A DNA stretch of 64,000 nt, taken from NCBI RefSeq assembly GCF_006345805.1, contig NC_042999.1, positions 134,912,001 through 134,976,000 of the forward strand, in the 5' to 3' direction. How positions within the stretch are numbered: position 1 is the stretch's first letter; every line of letters starts with the position of its first letter. Shown here piece after piece: positions 61,969-64,000 of the stretch. The notes beneath the pieces are model-generated. The model searched no databases. It was not told the origin of the DNA and worked only from the letters and a program-made list of their open reading frames with translations. Source of the DNA: Octopus sinensis. Lineage: Eukaryota. Made by a program: the position numbers and the translations under genes.

Positions 61969-63195
61969 AAGGTGTAGGTAGAAACTCCATAAGATGCATT
62001 CAGTGTAAGCTTTGGACACAAACGGTGCAGCAACATCAGAGGAAGGTTAAGAGGGAAACTAGCTTTTGTATGTGGAAGATGCACAGGAACAATAAACACT
62101 GAAAATGCACAGAAAATAGACTCCATCAACTGCCAGGGAAGCAAGCTAGAGGTAGTAAATAGCATCTATTATCTAGGTGACCAAGTTAGTAATGGAGGTG
62201 GATGCTCCAAGAGCATAGCTGTGAGAATGATATTAAGCTGGGCAAAGTTCAGAGCTCCTACTCCTGCTGAAAACAAAGGGCCTCTCTCTCAGAGTGAAAG
62301 GCAGATTGTTCAATGCCTGTGTGCAAACAGCTATGCTGCATGGCAGTGAAACATGAGCTATGACAACTGAGGACATGTGTAGGCTTGAGAGAAATGAAGC
62401 CAGTATGCTTCACTGGATGTGCAATGTCAGTGTACATGTTTGACACAGTGTAAGTATCTTGAGAGAAAAGTTAGGCATAAGAGGAATCAGATATGGTGTG
62501 CAAGAAAGATGACTGCACTAGTATGGTCATGTGATGCATATTTACAAGGACAGATGTATAAAGAAGTGCTGATCTCTAACTGTCGAGGGAACCTGAGGTA
62601 GAGGTAGACCCAGGAAGACATGAGACAATGTGGTGATGCATGATCTTCAAACTTTGAGCCTCACAGAGGCAATAACTAGTGACCAAGACCTTTGGTGATG
62701 TGCTGTGCTTGAGAGGACCCGTCAAGCCAAGTGCACCCAAGCTGGTGGCACGTAGAGAACATCTTTTGAACACTGGGCTTCACAGAGGCAAAGTGGATGA
62801 GTTCCATTCAAGCATTGATGGAGGCAAAATGGCTGAGTTTCTTTCGAGTGTTGGGCCTCATGGAGGCAAAGTAGCTGAGTTCTTTTTGAGTGCTGGGCCT
62901 CACGGAGACAATGACCAAGACCTTTGGCATTCTGTTGTGCTTGAGAAGACCCAGCAAGCTGAGCAAAATCACAGTTTTGGCAGATATTGGTGTCATGCAA
63001 ATTGGCAACTGTGCCAGTGACACGTAAATGCACCCTAGTGTCAAGCAAATGGCATCTCGGAGTAGTTGGCATTAGGAAGGGCATTCAGCTGTAGAAAACC
63101 ATGCCAAATCAAACTGGAGTCTGGTGTAGTTTTCCAGCATGCCAGTCCAGTCAAACAATCCAACCCATTCCAGCATGGACAACAGACGTTAAATG
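61969..63195 (+). mobile_element. RTE-clade LINE 3' portion (second RTE family) with rearranged 3' region
   Basis: GVGRNSIRCIQCKLWTH...FVCGRC, LEVVNSIYYLGD, LREKLGIRGI...LHWYGHV, GRGRPRKT. 3' UTR GGCATTAGGAAGGGCATTCAGCTGTAGAAA...CAGACGTTAAATG; minus-strand UTR copies at ~60775-60820, 61435-61600 and 63800-64000. Confidence 0.8.
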
Positions 63196-64000
63196 TGTGT
63201 ATGCCTTTGTGTTTGTCCTCCACCACCGCTTGACAACCAGTGCTGGGGTGTTTACATTCCAATAACTTAGCAGTTCAGCAAAAGAGACTGATAGAATAAG
63301 TACCAGGCTTATAAAAAAAAATAAGTACCGGGATCAATTCATTTGAGTAAAAATTCTTCAAGGTGATGCCACAGCATGGCCACAGTCTAATGACTGAAAC
63401 AAGTAAAAGATGAAAGATAAAAGAGATAAGTGTAATAGAAGCACTGTGAGCTGGCATTATGACATAGGAATGAGAACCACAAATATCATCCTCTATGTTA
63501 TCCTACAGCACAACACTGTCTCCTCAATTTTTAATTACAACCCAACTATTGCCAACAAAGAAACTAAGTCTAACAGCCAAATCACTATGCAAGCCATAGA
63601 TCTATTCCATTGTCTCGACCACGGTCGAACAATGATGATGATGATAGATCTATTTCATCAGAACTGGCCTGAAACTCTTTGTTAAAGACACTTATTCTCT
63701 TCAATGCAATGATCCCAGTCAACTGATAAATCCAGTATATTCATTGCAGAAAATTAAGAAATACAGAATATGCAGATGTAAATTACAAATTATCATGAAC
63801 ATCATCATCAACATTTAATGTGCATTTTTCATGCTGGCAGAGATTGGACAGGAATTGGCAAGGCCAGGGGCCACACCAAGTTCAATAATCTGTTTTGACT
63901 TGGTTTCTGTAGCTGGATGCCCTTCCTAATGCCAACCACTCTACAAAGTGTACTTGATGCTTTTTATGTGGCATCATCACCAGTACTTTTTATGTGGTAC

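Overview
AT-rich eukaryotic DNA dense in microsatellites and transposons. The SINE types, repeat density and the molluscan-type tyrosinase suggest a coleoid cephalopod (Octopus-like), which is an inference. The only host gene I can support is a secreted tyrosinase-like (type-3 copper) gene on the + strand, present twice within a ~17 kb direct duplication (1-11658 and 17001-28619). Splicing four coding exons gives signal peptide, CuA/CuB tyrosinase domain, Cys-rich domain, Thr/Pro linker and a C-terminal peritrophin-A/CBM14-like chitin-binding module; the ORF track misses exons 2 and 4. Copy 2 is intact (746 aa); copy 1 has a 1-nt frameshift. Between the copies lies a TSD-flanked Ty3/gypsy element lacking RT/RNase H, and a predicted TATA/Inr promoter with a short non-coding first exon. 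The remaining ~35 kb is mostly mobile-element debris: Tc1/mariner, Tigger, Academ-like, Penelope-like, CR1, RTE, HERO, tRNA-SINEs, MITEs and foldbacks. The main unexplained signal is a degenerate ~150-350 bp motif module (GTGAGAAAA ... ATTTCTTTTGGTT ... GAACTATTGTTT ... TCACGTG). It occurs six times, always on the + strand, once just upstream of the predicted tyrosinase promoter and five times at roughly 4-6.5 kb spacing downstream. All alignments and translations were done by eye; transposon boundaries are approximate unless a TSD or TIR is quoted.
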